Shown here piece after piece: positions 12,901 through 27,500 of a stretch of 64,000 nucleotides of DNA. The stretch comes from Octopus vulgaris. Taxonomy: Eukaryota. The stretch covers positions 68,138,001 through 68,202,000 of the forward strand of contig OX597828.1 in NCBI GenBank assembly GCA_951406725.2, in the 5' to 3' direction. The position numbers were made by a program, and so were the translations under genes. The notes under the pieces were generated by a model, which saw only the letters and a program-made list of their open reading frames with translations, made no database searches and was not told the origin of the DNA. Positions within the stretch are counted from its first letter, which is position 1, and each line of letters opens with the position of its first letter.

Positions 12901-15900
12901 ATCATCATCATCATCGTTTAACGTCTGCTTTCCGTGCTTGCATGGGTTGGGCGGTTTGACTGAGGGCTGGCGAACCAGATGGCTGCGCCAGGCTCCAGTC
13001 TGATCTGGCAGTGTTTCTACAGCTGGATGCCCTTCCTAATGCCAACCACTCCGAGAGTGTAGTGGGTGCTTTTTACATGCCACCGGCACAGGTGCCAGGG
13101 GAGGCTGGAAACAATCACGATCGGATGGTGCTTTTTACGTGCCACTGGCACGGGAGCCAGACGAGGCTGGCAATGGCCACAATCGGATGGTGCTTTTTAC
13201 GTGCCATCCACCGATGGAAGTGCGATTGTGAAAAGTCAATGGTGAAACAAAAATCAAACAGCATTTCAACTCTGTGTGAGTATGTGTGTGTGTGTAAAAG
13301 GGAGGAATGTGAATGTTTGTGTGTGTTTGTGTAAAATATATAGTTGAGTGGGTGTATATGTGTTTGTGTGTGTTTATTTAGAAAGATACATAGAAAATAG
13401 AATTACAAACACATGTGCATGTACGCGTGTGTACATATGCATACATTTATATGTATGAGTAGCACAGTCTGTAGCGAACGTGGTTGTCTATACTTTGTCA
13501 CAGCCCACTTCCTTTTCTAAGTGTCTGTTTATATATGTGCGTATGTGTAAATGCACGTGTGTTTGTAATTCTATTTTTTATGTATCTTCCTAAATAAACA
13601 CACACAAACACATATACACTCACTCAACTATATATTTTACACAAACACACACAAACATTCACATTCCTCCCTTTTACACGCACACACATATACTCACACA
13701 GAGTTGAAATGCTGTTTGATTTTTGTTTCACCGTTGACTTTTCACAATCCCACTTCCATCGGTGGATCACCCCTTTCTTTCTCATTCATATGTTGTGACG
13801 GAAAAATACACAAGAGTATTATTATAGTAGAAGATACACAACGCTCTCTTTGCCACTTCCTCTCTCTCATTGCTATTACTTTCTCTCACTTTACAGTATG
13901 GACCGGGTGCTTTTTAAGAGGCACCAGCACTGGTGGGGTCACCAAGTAACTTGCAAGACAAAGATCCTTTGAGAAGGGAGGAATATCAGATGTGGTGATC
14001 TTGTATTAGATGATGAAAGGTTGTAGTGAAACAAAGAGACAGAAACAGGTGTCTTGCTGTAGAAGAGGTACATGGTTACCTGGCTGGAGAGAGAGAGATA
14101 GAGTGATCAAGAATGAGGACAGAAACAGGTGTGTTTCTGTAAAGGAGATACATGGTTACCCAAACTGAGGGAAGGGCAGGAGGGGAGATAGTGGGAGACA
14201 GCAGGAGAGAGATGGTGGTAAAGTGCTGGGCATACTCACAATGGACAGGGATCAGAACATAAATGGGATTGTCAAGTAAAAGAAGAGAGAATACTTAAAT
14301 TCACCAATTTCTTTCAGTTTTGTCCCTACTATTTGAATTAAATTGATTAGTTTTCTTTTTTGTTTAGTTATCATTGATAAAACTAATTACCAATTAAATG
14401 CAGATTATTTGAACTCCCTCCAAATCTTTGTCTTTGGCATTGTTAATCCTTCATTAAATGCTAGAAATGATTTAATTAACAGGGAAGAGGTGTGTAGAGA
14501 ACCATAGTGGTAGGAGTAATCTCTCAGTCAATGAACAGTACAAACACTACAAGGAGACTTTTAAAGTCTTCCGAGATTATTTCAAAAGCAATACAGCACC
14601 GCCTTGACTGGCTTCCGTGTCAGTGGCACATAAAAACCACCAACCAATCGTGGTTGTTGCCAGCCTCCCCTGGCACCTGTGCCGGTAGCACATAATAAGC
14701 ACCCACTACACTCACAGAGTGGTTGGCGTTAGGAAGGGCATCCAGCTGTAGAACCACTGCCAGATCAGACTGGAGCCTGGTGCAGCCTCCTGGCTTCCCA
14801 GAACCCAGTCGAACCGTCCAACCCATGCTAGCACGGAAAACGGACGTTAAACGATGAAGATGAATACATAGTAGGACAGAAAGAGCATGGCTGCTGATAG
14901 GTTTACCTGGCACAGTCTTATAAAGAAATATGTTATAACATCTTAGAAAGCAAAGAGCAGGAAAGAACAAATGTAGGGGAGAAATTTCAGGGGCATCAGC
15001 ATAGGCGCAGGCATCGGTGTGTGGTAAGAAGCTTGCATGCCAACCACATGGTTCCAGGTTTCAGTCCCACTGTATGGCATTTTGGGCAAGTGTCTTCTAC
15101 TATAGCCCCAAGCCAACCAAAGCCTTGTGAGTGGATTTGGTAGACGGAAACTGCAAGAAACCCGCCATGTGTGTGTGTGTGTTTATGTCTGTTTGCCCCT
15201 GCCTCCACCACTTGAGAACTGGTGTTGGTGTGTTTATGTCCCCATAACAGTTCAGCAAAAGAGACCAATAGAATAAGCACCAGGCTTTAAAAAATTACTG
15301 GGGTTGATTTATTTGACTAAAAGTTCTTCAAGGCAGTGCCCCAGCATGGCCACAGCTCGTGAGCTGAAACTAGATAAATAAATAAAATAAATAAAAAAAC
15401 AGCACCTCAACCCTTGTGTATTTCTCCGTCACAACATATGAATGAGAAAGGAAGGGGTGATCCACCGATGGAAGTAGGATTGTGAAAAGTCAATGGTGAA
15501 ACAAAAATCAAACAGCATTTCAACTCTGTGTGAGTATGTGTGTGTGTGCGTGTAAAAGGGAGGAATGTGAATGTTTGTGTAAAATATATAGTTGAGTGAG
15601 TGTATATGTTTATTTAGAAAGATACATAGAAAATAGAATTACAAACACACGTGCATTTACACATACGCACATATATAAACAGACACTTCAAAAAACACAT
15701 ATACACTCACTCAACTATATATTAAACTAATTAAACTAATGAATTAAACTATTAAACTATATATTAAACTAATGAGATCACTAACGATCTCAATATTCCT
15801 GCACACCTGAGAGACATGGACACTGGCAGCAGACATCGAAAGAAGGATTCCAGGCTTCAGGAGATTAAATGTTTCAGGAGACTTTTGAGAATATCATACA

Positions 15901-18900
15901 GAGATCAAGTCACAAATGAGGAAGTGAAAAGAAGAACATGGCAGGCAACAGGGCCCTTTGAGGAACTTCTTACCACAGTAAATAATGCAAACTCAGGTGG
16001 TTTGGGCATGTCACCCACTCATCAGGGATGGCAAAAACCTCCAGGAAAGCTATTCATACCAAATATATTTAACTAGCACTATGACCCAGCAACGCCGAGT
16101 CATAGTGCTAGTGCATGCGAGTACTGTCCAAATCTCCGACCAATCACATACAGCTAGCTGGCATTCAACTGGCGTATCAAGTTTCGGGCATTTTGATTGT
16201 GTTTTGGATAGAAAATTCACAAAAAAGTCACTTCTACTGATTTTTTAATGGCTTTGCAGGGTGACTGGGGAAATGTAAGGATGTGCACAACCACCCTTGG
16301 ATGGTTTTGAATGAACATAGAAAGTGAAGGCCCTCTAACTGAAAAATTGTGGATTTGTATAAAGGACATACACACACAGACAGACAGACATGTTGCCGTT
16401 TATATATAGAGAGATGCTCTTGATGGAAGAGCTATACATCTAAGATACTTACCAATACATGAAATGCTGTGTGCAAAACTGCTGAGTTGACAATTTCCTC
16501 CTGTGAAACTGCATTTATATTGAACCAACTCCCAAGACAACGGAAAATCTTCATTTGAAGTCGGGTCTCATACTGGTTATTTTTTATACATGCTGTCTGG
16601 AAAGAAGAAGATAAAAGACAAAGAGAAAAAAATTTGCCATCAACAAATACAGAACAAGAATATATATGAATATGATGAATACAGTATCATCGTTTTTACA
16701 CCAACTACAAAACTTGACATCATGATGTAATCAAGTCACTGCAGAAAAAGGATTTAGCCCCTAAGGACAATCATGCTGACATGCTTGCTACATTAGGGGA
16801 TGACGCTCCAGCTTTATCAACAGTGCAAAAGTGAGCAGCTGAATTTAGAAGGGAAAGGGAGAGATTTGAAGATGACCTAGGACCTGGATGTCCGGCAACT
16901 GACACCAAAATGGAAAACACTGACTGTATTCACTACAAGCGATTTATAGCCTATTAACATATCCCATGAGAGAGTTGAGAATATCCTGCACAATGAATGT
17001 GACATGACAAAGGCTTCTGCTTCGTGGGTAGCATGTCTTCTGACATCTGATCAAAAGTGCACAGGGCTGATCACATCACAGGATAATCTGGCATTATTTG
17101 AGACAGATCCAGCTGGTCTCCTTGAACATTTCCTCACCCAGGGAGAGTGTTGGCTTCATCACTGAGCCAGAGACAAATAGAAAATCCATGCAGTGGAAAT
17201 ACCCACCCTTCACTTGCTCCAAAGAGGGCCAAGGTAGTTTTATCTGTAGGGATGGTGACGACCATAGTTCTTTTGGGTTACAAAAGCCATTGTATTTATT
17301 GGTTATCTTCACCATTAATGGAGAGTGATAAGGCAAACTTGTTGGAGCAGTTACAAAAGGCCATCAGGATCAAACACCAGGAAAAACTGATGAAAAGCAT
17401 CTTGTTTCATGAGGACAATGCTCTCCAGCACACAAAAACCTCATTTCAATGGCTACTGTGCAAGGCTGTGTCTTTGAACTGGTTGATCACCCCCACCATT
17501 CTCCTGAGTTAGTCCTATCTAACTATCATCCGTTCCCCAGCATGAAAAAAAAAAACACTTGGCTGTGAATCAGTACTGCAGTGATGGTGACGTTATATCT
17601 TGAGAATAGGGCGGCCAGCTGGCAGAACCGTTAGCACGCCAGGCGAAATGCATAGCAGTATTTCGTCTGCCGATACGTTCTGAGTTCAAATTTCACCGAG
17701 GTCGACTTTGCCTTTCATCCTTTCGGGGTCGATAAATAAAGTACCAGTTACGCACTGGGCTCGACAAGCCAACATTTTCCACATTTATACATCTGAGACC
17801 CCCTTCGGTCACACACAGACCATGGGATTGCACCCAGAAAGTTACCCTCCCAGGCACAAGTCCAGGCAAGGTTGTTAATGGAAGACCAGCAGTCGCCCGT
17901 GCATACCGCTCTCCCCTCTCCACGCCACTAGTGTTATCCAAGGGAAAGGCAAAGGGGCCGATACAGCTTGGCAACTCATTTCTACAGTTGAATGAACTGG
18001 AGCAACGTGAAATAAAGTGTTTTGCTTAAGAACACAACACACAGTCCGGTATTCGAGCTCACAACCTCACAATCATAAGCTTGACGCTCTAACCACTGAG
18101 CCATGCGCCTTCACGTTATATTTACACATCATATAACGTATTAATTAACTGATGCAAAGCATGAACTAACAAGGCAGCAACTGCACAAGATAACCTTTAA
18201 GTGTGTGCTACTGAAAGGTGATCCTGAAGCTGGCTGAATAGAGTTACCCTCAGACCAAACAGCAGGCCTCAATATTTCAACAGATGAAGACTCCATTTAG
18301 ACATTCAAGGATCAAAAGTTTACTTTACTTGCTACAAAGAGTGAAATCTCTCTCTCTCAAATTACATCTTACTATCTAAACAATTGCACACAGTACATGA
18401 TATAATCCAAGGTAGACTATGTTTGACAAAAATAGATTAGTGGCTATGGCTGTAATACATTTGATCATAGGCTAGCTCTACTGAACAATATTAATTTATG
18501 GCAATAACAAGAGAATAAAACTGTAATTATGAATGATTAGATACTTACTAGAAGTTGTACAACAACTGGTGAGGTTTTGAGCAGATCGTAAGAGACTTCC
18601 ATCCGTCTGTTGGCACCAAGACGTAGAGCTTTACTACCGATCTACAGTAGGAAAGAATTAAAGAAAATGGAAAATGTCAGTATAATAAAATAATAATAAT
18701 AATTTAATTACACCAAATATTAACACTAGTTAAACATCACTACGACATAGTAAAGAAATATAATAATTTACAGGAGTGGCTGTATGGTTAAGAAGTTTGT
18801 TTCCCGACCCCACGTTTTTGGGTTTGATTCCACTCCACAGCATTTTGGGCAAAACAGGTTATGTCTATCACCCAAAAAACATAGGAACAAAGTCTCAAAG

Positions 18901-21485
18901 CCTAATGAATGAGATTAGAAAGAGGGAAGCTAAGAGTGTCTATAAACATATATCACCGTGATCACCGTAACCGACCAGGCTATCAGATGTTGCTGCACAT
19001 CGCTGGTCACAATGCGCTTCACATTGTTTTAGCTTTCAAATGATGCCACCCCACTGGCTAAGCGAGCAGGCCAACAGAAGAGTGAGAGAAAGTTGCGGCG
19101 AAAGAGTACAGCAGGGATCGTCACCACCCCTGCCAGAGAAATTCGTGGAGCTTTAGGTGTTTTCGCTCAATAAACACTCACAACGCCCAGTCTGGAAATC
19201 GAAACCGCGAGTCCGCTGCCCTAACCACTGGGCCATTGCGCCTCCACATAAACATATACATAGAGTACTAAATACATTTAGCAGCGTTTATGATTTTACT
19301 GTGTTTGTAACCCTGTACTTTAAGGTTCAGCCCCACAGTACAGAACTATGTACAAGGGTCTTCTCTATTGCTTTAGGTGCATATACTACTACTACTAGCA
19401 CCACCACTACTTCATCATTACCAAAAAGAAGCAGCAGCAGCTTGAACATGTTTATTTAATTAGCAGGAATGTTATCTTGAGGTTCGGTGGCAACAAGTCT
19501 CAAATCTCAAAGACCTCACTAAGGATTCTTGCAGAGTACGGAATGGTACTTTTCTGCAGGTCAGCAATACAAGTCTTTCAATCTCTTCTGTAAAAGTTAT
19601 GGTGTTGCACCAAATGCACCAATTACCACAGGAATAATTGTTGCCTTAGTCTTCCACAATCATGACTATCCAGCTAGGTTCTAATATTTCTCAGTTTTTT
19701 CCAATTTCTTTGGTAACGATTTCTGTCAACAGAGGGAATTCCAAAGACTGTGATCTTACACTGTTTGTTTATTTCGTCTTCTATAATCACATATGATTGT
19801 CTTAAATTAATAGTATGGTCAGTCTTTACGGGGAAGCCCCTTAAGATTCTGTAATTTTCATTCTCTGTCACAACTTCAGATTAGTATTCATATAATTTTC
19901 CTGTTATTTTGAAGCTACACACTCAGCTAACATCCCAATGCACTCTTATACCTACACAGTCATGCCTGTGCTTATACTCTTTTTATGCTAGCTTACTACA
20001 TTCACTCAAGAGATGTTTGATACTTTCATCTCCTTTCCTACAGACTCTACTTTTGCTGTCTGACTGAGTTTTGTTGATCTTTGCCTACATCACATTTGTC
20101 CTAATGGTAATTTCCTGAGCAGCTATAATTAGTGCTTCAGTCTCAGTCTCTCATTTCAGATTTTCATCCATCAGCCAATGTTCTTTTCATTGATGTGTTG
20201 TTCTTTCTTCTCTTCTTGTATTCTCCAACAATTGCAGTAGTTTTTTTTTGGTGAGGGGTGGGGGGGCATCTCCAGCAACCAATAGTACCCTTTCTTTACT
20301 CTGTACAACATAATTTTTCAACCCAAATATCTATCATAGTACTAAGTGTCTTCTGTATTTAGTAATCCTCTGCCTCCTTCCTGTGGTGGGAGGTGGGGAG
20401 ACTTGTCAGTATCACTTTATGGTGGTATGTTTTGTGCATTGCAAACAGATTTCTAGTTTGTCCATCCAAGTTCTGCAGCTTGACCTTTGTCCACTTCAGA
20501 AAGGGAATTCTTATTATTCATCATCATCATCGTTTAACATCTGCTTTCCATGCTAGCATGGGTTGGACGAATGACTGAGGACTGGCGAACCAGATGGCTG
20601 CACTAGGCTTCAATCTTGATCTGGCAGAGTTTCTACAGTTGGATGCCCTTCCTAACGCCAACCACTCCATTATTATTATTATAATTATTAACACTAACCT
20701 ACCAACATCAATGCTAAGTTTAAACAAATGTCATACAGTATTCAGTGATAAAGTAAAATAAAGAATAAAGAAAACCTTACCTCTTCAGGTAATACTGTCA
20801 GCACTTCCAGTAGAAATGGAAGCTGTTGTGCATTCTGTCCATATCTGAACAACAAAAATATCAATCACTCAATTTAGAAAATTAGTTCGTTTGTTTTTTT
20901 ATAGCTTAATGAAAAACAACATTTAAAACTGTTTATTACAGGGCCTCTGACACTGGTAGCAAAACGATCCTCAGATGAGAGACCTAGTCTAAAAGTTAAG
21001 ACAAAGTAAAAGTACCTAAGGGCCAGTTGGTGCTGCTAAACTGGTCAACAGACCCAGGTACACTCCATTCAATAACCATCTACAGATAGCTTGTTCGTAA
21101 TTTCACTTACAAGATTTCAGTAGGATCACATATGGTTCCTTCATTGTCTTTGAGAGGTCTTTCACCACACAGTTACGCCTGCACTCCTGATATAGATATA
21201 ACTAACACAATTTTTTCTCTGAAGGCCTTTTAATGCTGAGGAAGTTTTAAACATTACATATTGCTCCGATTTGAACTTAGTATTATTAATGGTTTCAAGT
21301 TTTGGCACATTTTGAGGGGAGGGGTAAGTCAATTACATCAACCCCAGTGCTCAGCTGGTACTTACTCTATCGACCTCGAATGGATGAAAGGTAAAAATCA
21401 ACCTTAGCAGAATTTGAACTCAGAATGTAAAAATGGACAAAATACTGCTAAGCATGCTAATGATTCTGCCAGCTTGCTGCCTTAC

Positions 21486-21517
<32 letters not shown>

Positions 21518-24500
21518 GTGGCCATTCATCAAACATCATTATCTCAAAGACACACACTGTGTCTTTAGATGAACCAAATTTGACATTACATAAAAAAAAA
21601 AAAGTACATCGTATTGGCTTTGATTTGAACTTCTGACAAGTAAAATAGAAATAACTAAAAGACAGAAGAAAGTCTTGGAGTAAAGAAAAAAACCCAAAAC
21701 ATTCAGTTATAGATAGAAAAATCAATGAGTTACCAATGAAACATCCAAGAAGTCACCAGTTTATTACCTGTCACTGGCACTGCCCTGTGCCTCTGCTTAG
21801 GGTTATGACACTCTTCAGTCAATAGACACCTGCTATAATTTACTATCATTAAATTAAGTCAGCATTTTAAGAATGATGACTGATTTTTTGGCTTGTAATA
21901 TTTCCAGGGGAAAGATAAATGTATGGTCTTGTGAACAACAGTGAAACCTCAACAAATACATTATTCATTCATTAAAACTATCCCTGGCTCTAGTGGATGT
22001 ATCATAATTACCAATTGAGACCGGTTCCACTTGAGAAGGGAGATAATTTCAAGATTCAAGAATTCCTCAAAGAAAAAGACAGTCTAGAGATATGAGGACA
22101 GTTGTGGACACATGTTTCTGGTTCTATAGATATAATCTGCATGACAATTGTCTGATATTACCTTCAGGAGCCAAGAGACTCAGGGTTATACAAAAAATAG
22201 AACATACTTTATGGTCTAGATTATTTGCATAAATTAAACAACAGTCAGCTAAGGGAAGTAACTCAGTGGCCAGTAACGTATTTGAACAGAGACAAATACA
22301 ATATTTTGCAAAAAAATAAAGATATGTCCGTCTGATGAAACCTCATTGGATTTAAAACAATATTTTTAATTTTTGGAAAAAATCTGTTGTTTAATGATGT
22401 GAAAACAGCTGTAACTAGAGTTGTCATTTGTTTGTATAGAAATAATAAAACTGAATTGAATTTATCATTTAATGATTAAATTATTTAATTATTAAACAAT
22501 TGCAATGTTTATAAGCCATTTAAAAACATACAAAAACCGTTAGATTCACTTCAACATTTAAATTTAATTTGTCAAAATATTTTCGTCGCTTTGAAAGTGT
22601 GATCTGTTCACTAACAAAATTCCATCAGTGAACAGGTCACAGTTTCAAAACAACAAAAATATTTTGACAAATTAAATATAAATGTTGAAGTGAATCTAAC
22701 GGTTTTTGTATGTTTTTAAATGGCTTATAAACACCTTTCACACTGCAATTGTTTTTGTTTCAGCACACGATCTCAGATCAAGTCACCTGCTATGCAAGTA
22801 CATTTCCGCAACATTTAATTATTAAAATTTTATTATTTTGCTTCCATTTCTAATTTATATTACACACACACATATAATGTGGTCCAACGAATATAAGATG
22901 TGATAATAAATCAAGTCTGTTAAGAATCCCCTGGGAATAGTTACAAGACAGACCTTGATGGTACTGAATCAAAGGGCTAATTAAGATGGGGCAGAGATTA
23001 GAATTGTAAAAGGAACATAGCATTTAAACCAGCCACACCTGGCCAAAATATTCTACCTGCTTTATGTTCAGCCCTAGCCTCTCACCTGCACCTCTACAAT
23101 ATTATTTTAACATACACAATTACATCATCAAAATCTTAAAGCTAAGAGATAAAGAATGTTTAATTAAAAACAATGTGGATTAATAAGCAGAATATTCGAC
23201 AAATTGGAATGCTAAAGGTTTAATGCCTGCTGTGTGTGTGTAAACACAAACATAGGTGTAATTGTTTATGTGTATGTGTGGATATGTGTGAGTATGCATG
23301 TGTGCTAATATATCTTTATTTACATGGATGTTCTATGCTATGGATGTACAAATCTGTGTTGTTGAATATAGTTAGATGTATAGACACATGTATAAGTATA
23401 CATCATCATCATCATCGTTTAACGCCTGCTTTCCATGCTAGCATGGGTTGGACGGTTCGACCGGGGTCTGCGAAGCCGGGAGGCTGCACCAGGCCCAGTC
23501 TAATCTGGCAGTGTTTCTACAGCTGGATGCCCTTCCTAACGCCAACCACTCTGTAAGTGTAGTGGGTGCTTTTTACGTGCCACCGGCACAGGGGCCAGAG
23601 GAGGCTGGCAGTGGCCATGATTGGCTGGTACTTTTTACGTGACACCAGCACGGAGGCCAGTCGAGGCGGCGCTGGCAACGGCCACGTTCGGATGGTTCTT
23701 TTACGTGCCACCAGCACTGGTATCACAACTGCAATTTCCATTGATTTCCATTTCACTTGCCTCAACAGGTCTTCACAAGCAGAGTTATATGTTTGAAAAT
23801 AAATGTGTATGTGGGGGTGATGTATATATGTGTGTATCTAGATATATAGATAGTCCACCCATAAATGGGGATAAATGTGCACATGTATTTTTAAGAGTCT
23901 GTATACATATGCCTGTATGTATTTGTACACAGACACACAGCGTGTATGTATATAGCAGTGAAACTAGAGATATATATATATCAGGCAGGTGGGTTACACA
24001 GAACTGTGAAGGTGATTCTAGAAGACATTGCTAGTAGTAGCAATAATAGGAAAGTATATACCAACCTCTCGATCAAATCCACAACCGCTCGCTTCCATGT
24101 TCCCATTTGTAATGCAAGATCAGCAACTGCAAGGGATAACTGTAAAAAAAAAAAATGTTTTTAAATTAAGATTTGTGTGTGTGTAGTTCTCGTCATTTTA
24201 TATCTCTTATCCATTCTGGTATGGGTTGAACAAGTCAGCTCACACAGGTAGGTCATTTAGTGATAAACCATGCCCTCAACAAGACAATTAGGTACTCTCA
24301 ACTTCACAGGATGTAATGGATGTCTTTTACCTGGCACTAGCACTAGAAGGACAGCCGTATCCTCATCATGACTGAAGGGACTTCACAATTCCATGTCTCT
24401 GCTCATTCCTCCAGCTCTTTACAGAATAAGAAGTGTGAGCAACAGAGGTATGAATAATAATTGGTAGGAGGGTCGTGTGATAGTGGCAGAAGTGATAGGA

Positions 24501-27500
24501 GTACTCAGTAGTCAGAAAAAGGTAACAAATTTCCTGGTTCACGAATTGAAGTCACAATTTTACGATCATGAGTCCGACACCCTAACCACTAAGCCATACA
24601 CGTCCACTAATCAGTCATTAACAATCTAAATTAAATCAATAGAATACAGGGCATTACATTTTAGAACACACTACCATAGTTCATAAAGAAGCGAGATTAT
24701 CCTGCCACAATCGGGTAAAGGGTAAGATACTGCTGCTGAGAGACAGTTCCTCAAAATGGTTAGGGTTAAGCATTGAAATCGTGCAAGTAAAACTGAGAAA
24801 AAGAGACGAACATTACAACCAAGGTGATTAAGGATATTACAATAAGTTGTAAAACCAATCATTTAAATGTTAGGAAGATATACCAACCTGAGTTACTATC
24901 ACAGGCGCAGTTTCTGGATTTATTTTACTGGCATGGTTTAATAAGGAATCTCTTAAACACTGAAATAGAAATGAAAATCAATCTTGAAACACAAGCCACT
25001 TCAACCTTCTAGAAATAGCAGCAAAAAAAAAAAAAAGGAAAAAAAACTCATTCACATCACACTCTAACATCATATGAAACAAGGAATACATTTGGCTAAG
25101 AGGGCCTATGTAAGAAGACAATAGGATTAGGGCTGGAGTAGCTTGAGTTTACTGAATTAGAGATAACTTGGAGCTATCACTAAACAGCAACAACACACCT
25201 AAAGCTCCACGAGGCTCTGGCAGGGGGTGGTGGCAACCCCTGTTGTACTCTTTCGCTCCAACTTTCTCTCACTCTTTCTTCCTGTTTCTTGTCCCCGACT
25301 TCCTACACAACCGCTGGGCCTGGATGCACATTCATCCATCCGTCGATGCTCTCGGTGTCGGGGGTTGACCTGCTTTCTCTTCTGCGGGTCTTACGAAGAG
25401 CAAAGGACCACGTTTCGGACTTCTCCCACTGCTCTGGGACGAAGACCGTTTCGCTCAACAAACAAACAAACAGCAACAACAAATGTTGTTGCTGTTTAGT
25501 GATATACACCATTTCTAACCAAGTGACATAAAATGGTGACAATTCCTTGGCCCAGTCAGGAATTAGAAGAATCACATCATTGGAACCTTAAAGCTACAAG
25601 ATAATTCAAAATAATGTGAATAAATAAGAAATACTTTTGACAGAGTGAGCTGAATACTAAAAGATTAAACCTATTTATAGTCTTGATGTGGACAAATTAA
25701 CTAAAATCGTTTATTTGTGAGAAATACAGATGCAGGCTTAGCTGTGGGGTAAGAAGTCTGCTTCCCAACCACAGGGTTTCGGGTGTGGTACTTTGGGCAA
25801 GTGCTTTCTACCATAGTTTCAGGTCAACCCAAGCCTAGTGAGTGGATTTGGTAGACAGAAACTGAAAGTAGCTCATCATATATGCATATATGTGTGTACG
25901 TTTGTTTCCCACCACTCATTGACAACCAGTATTGGTATGTTTATGTTCCTGTAACTTAGCAGTTTGGCAAAAATGACTGACAGAATACCATCTTTTACAA
26001 AATATAATAAGTACTGGGGTTAATTCGCTCAACTAAAATTCCTCAAGGCAATGACGGAAACATCATCATCATCATCATCGTTTAACGTCCGTTTTCCATG
26101 CTAGCATGGGTTGGACGTTTCGACCGGGGTCTGGGAAGCCCGGAGGCTGCACCAGGCTCCAGTCTGATCTGGCAGTGTTTCTACAGCTGGATGCCCTTCC
26201 TAACACCAACAAATAAGATAAAAGATATGATCTTGAAATGGTTAACATTTATGCCTTGGTTCACCAGCAGTTGTCCTGAAATACATATAGGGATTCAAGA
26301 AGGGGACACAAAAATGAATAAGGTAGCTAGTAAAGCGGGTACTTATTGCGATGAGGTTACTAATAAAAGGTGTACTTACTGAGTGTGATGATGCTGGTAA
26401 TTCATGAAAGAAACATTGTATCTGTAAAATAAAATATAGGCATTATTCACACACATCGTCATTTCATTTAGCATCCGTTTTCCTTGCTAGCATGGGTTAG
26501 AGGGCTCGACTGGAACTGGTAAGCCGGAGAACTGTACAAAGCTCCAGTCTGATTTTGGCTTGGTTTCTACGACTGGATGCCCTTCCTAATGCCAACCACT
26601 CCAAGAGTGTAGTGGGTGCCTTTTATGTGTCACTGGCACAGGTGCCTCCATATGTGTCACCAGCACAGATGTCCTTTACATGTCATGGACACAGGTGCCT
26701 TTCCCCTCTCACCGGCATGTGGGCTCTTTACGTGTCACCAGCACTGGCCAAGACTACGATTTTGTTTGGCTCAAGCAAAGCAAATCGCCAAGGGTCTCTC
26801 GACCACAGAGGCATTTGTGTATGTGTGGCTGAGCATATTTTACTTTTTCCTAATATCCAGGGCAAACAATATTACAGAGTCAAATCTAAGATTTGTTCAA
26901 CTGTCCTTTTGAGAAGATGTGTAAAACCAACCAAAATACCAAATCAACAGGTTATATCAAAGCCTTTAGCATTTAAACTAGCCATATCCTGCCCTAATAT
27001 TCTACCTGTTTTATGTTCAAGCCAGACAGATCTGGCTTCTCCCATTTACCGTACAATCATCATCATCATTTAACGTCCGTTTTCCATGCTAGCATGGGTT
27101 GGATGGTTCAACAGGGGTCTGGGAAGCCAGGAAGCTGCACCAGGCTCCAGTCTGATCTGGCAGTGTTTCTACAGCTGGATGCCCTTCCTAACACCAACCA
27201 CTCTGTGAGTGTAGTGGGTGCTTTTTACGTGCCATGAGAGGCTGGCAATGGCCACGATCGGTTGGTGCTTTTTATGTGCCACTGGCATGGAGGCCAGTCG
27301 AGGTGGCACTGGCAATGGCCATGTTCGGATGGATCTTTTTACATGCCACTGGCATCACAACTACAATTTCCATCGATTTTTGATCGATTTCGATTTCACT
27401 TGGCTCAACAGGTTTTTGCAAGCAGAGTTTTGTGTCCCAAGAAGGAAAGGTATGCATAAGTGGACTGGCTACATCCCAGGTAGAGGCCACGGGTTATGGT

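Noticed and set aside
19190-19246. tRNA-like heads here and at ~18050-18113, 59772-59860
   Set aside because: A/B boxes are present but there is no complete cloverleaf and each is fused to a SINE body.
26555-27073. 172-aa ORF and the many ORFs containing [12 protein letters not shown] / [13 protein letters not shown]
   Set aside because: Chance translations of the antisense RTE-tail repeat; they recur wherever the repeat occurs.
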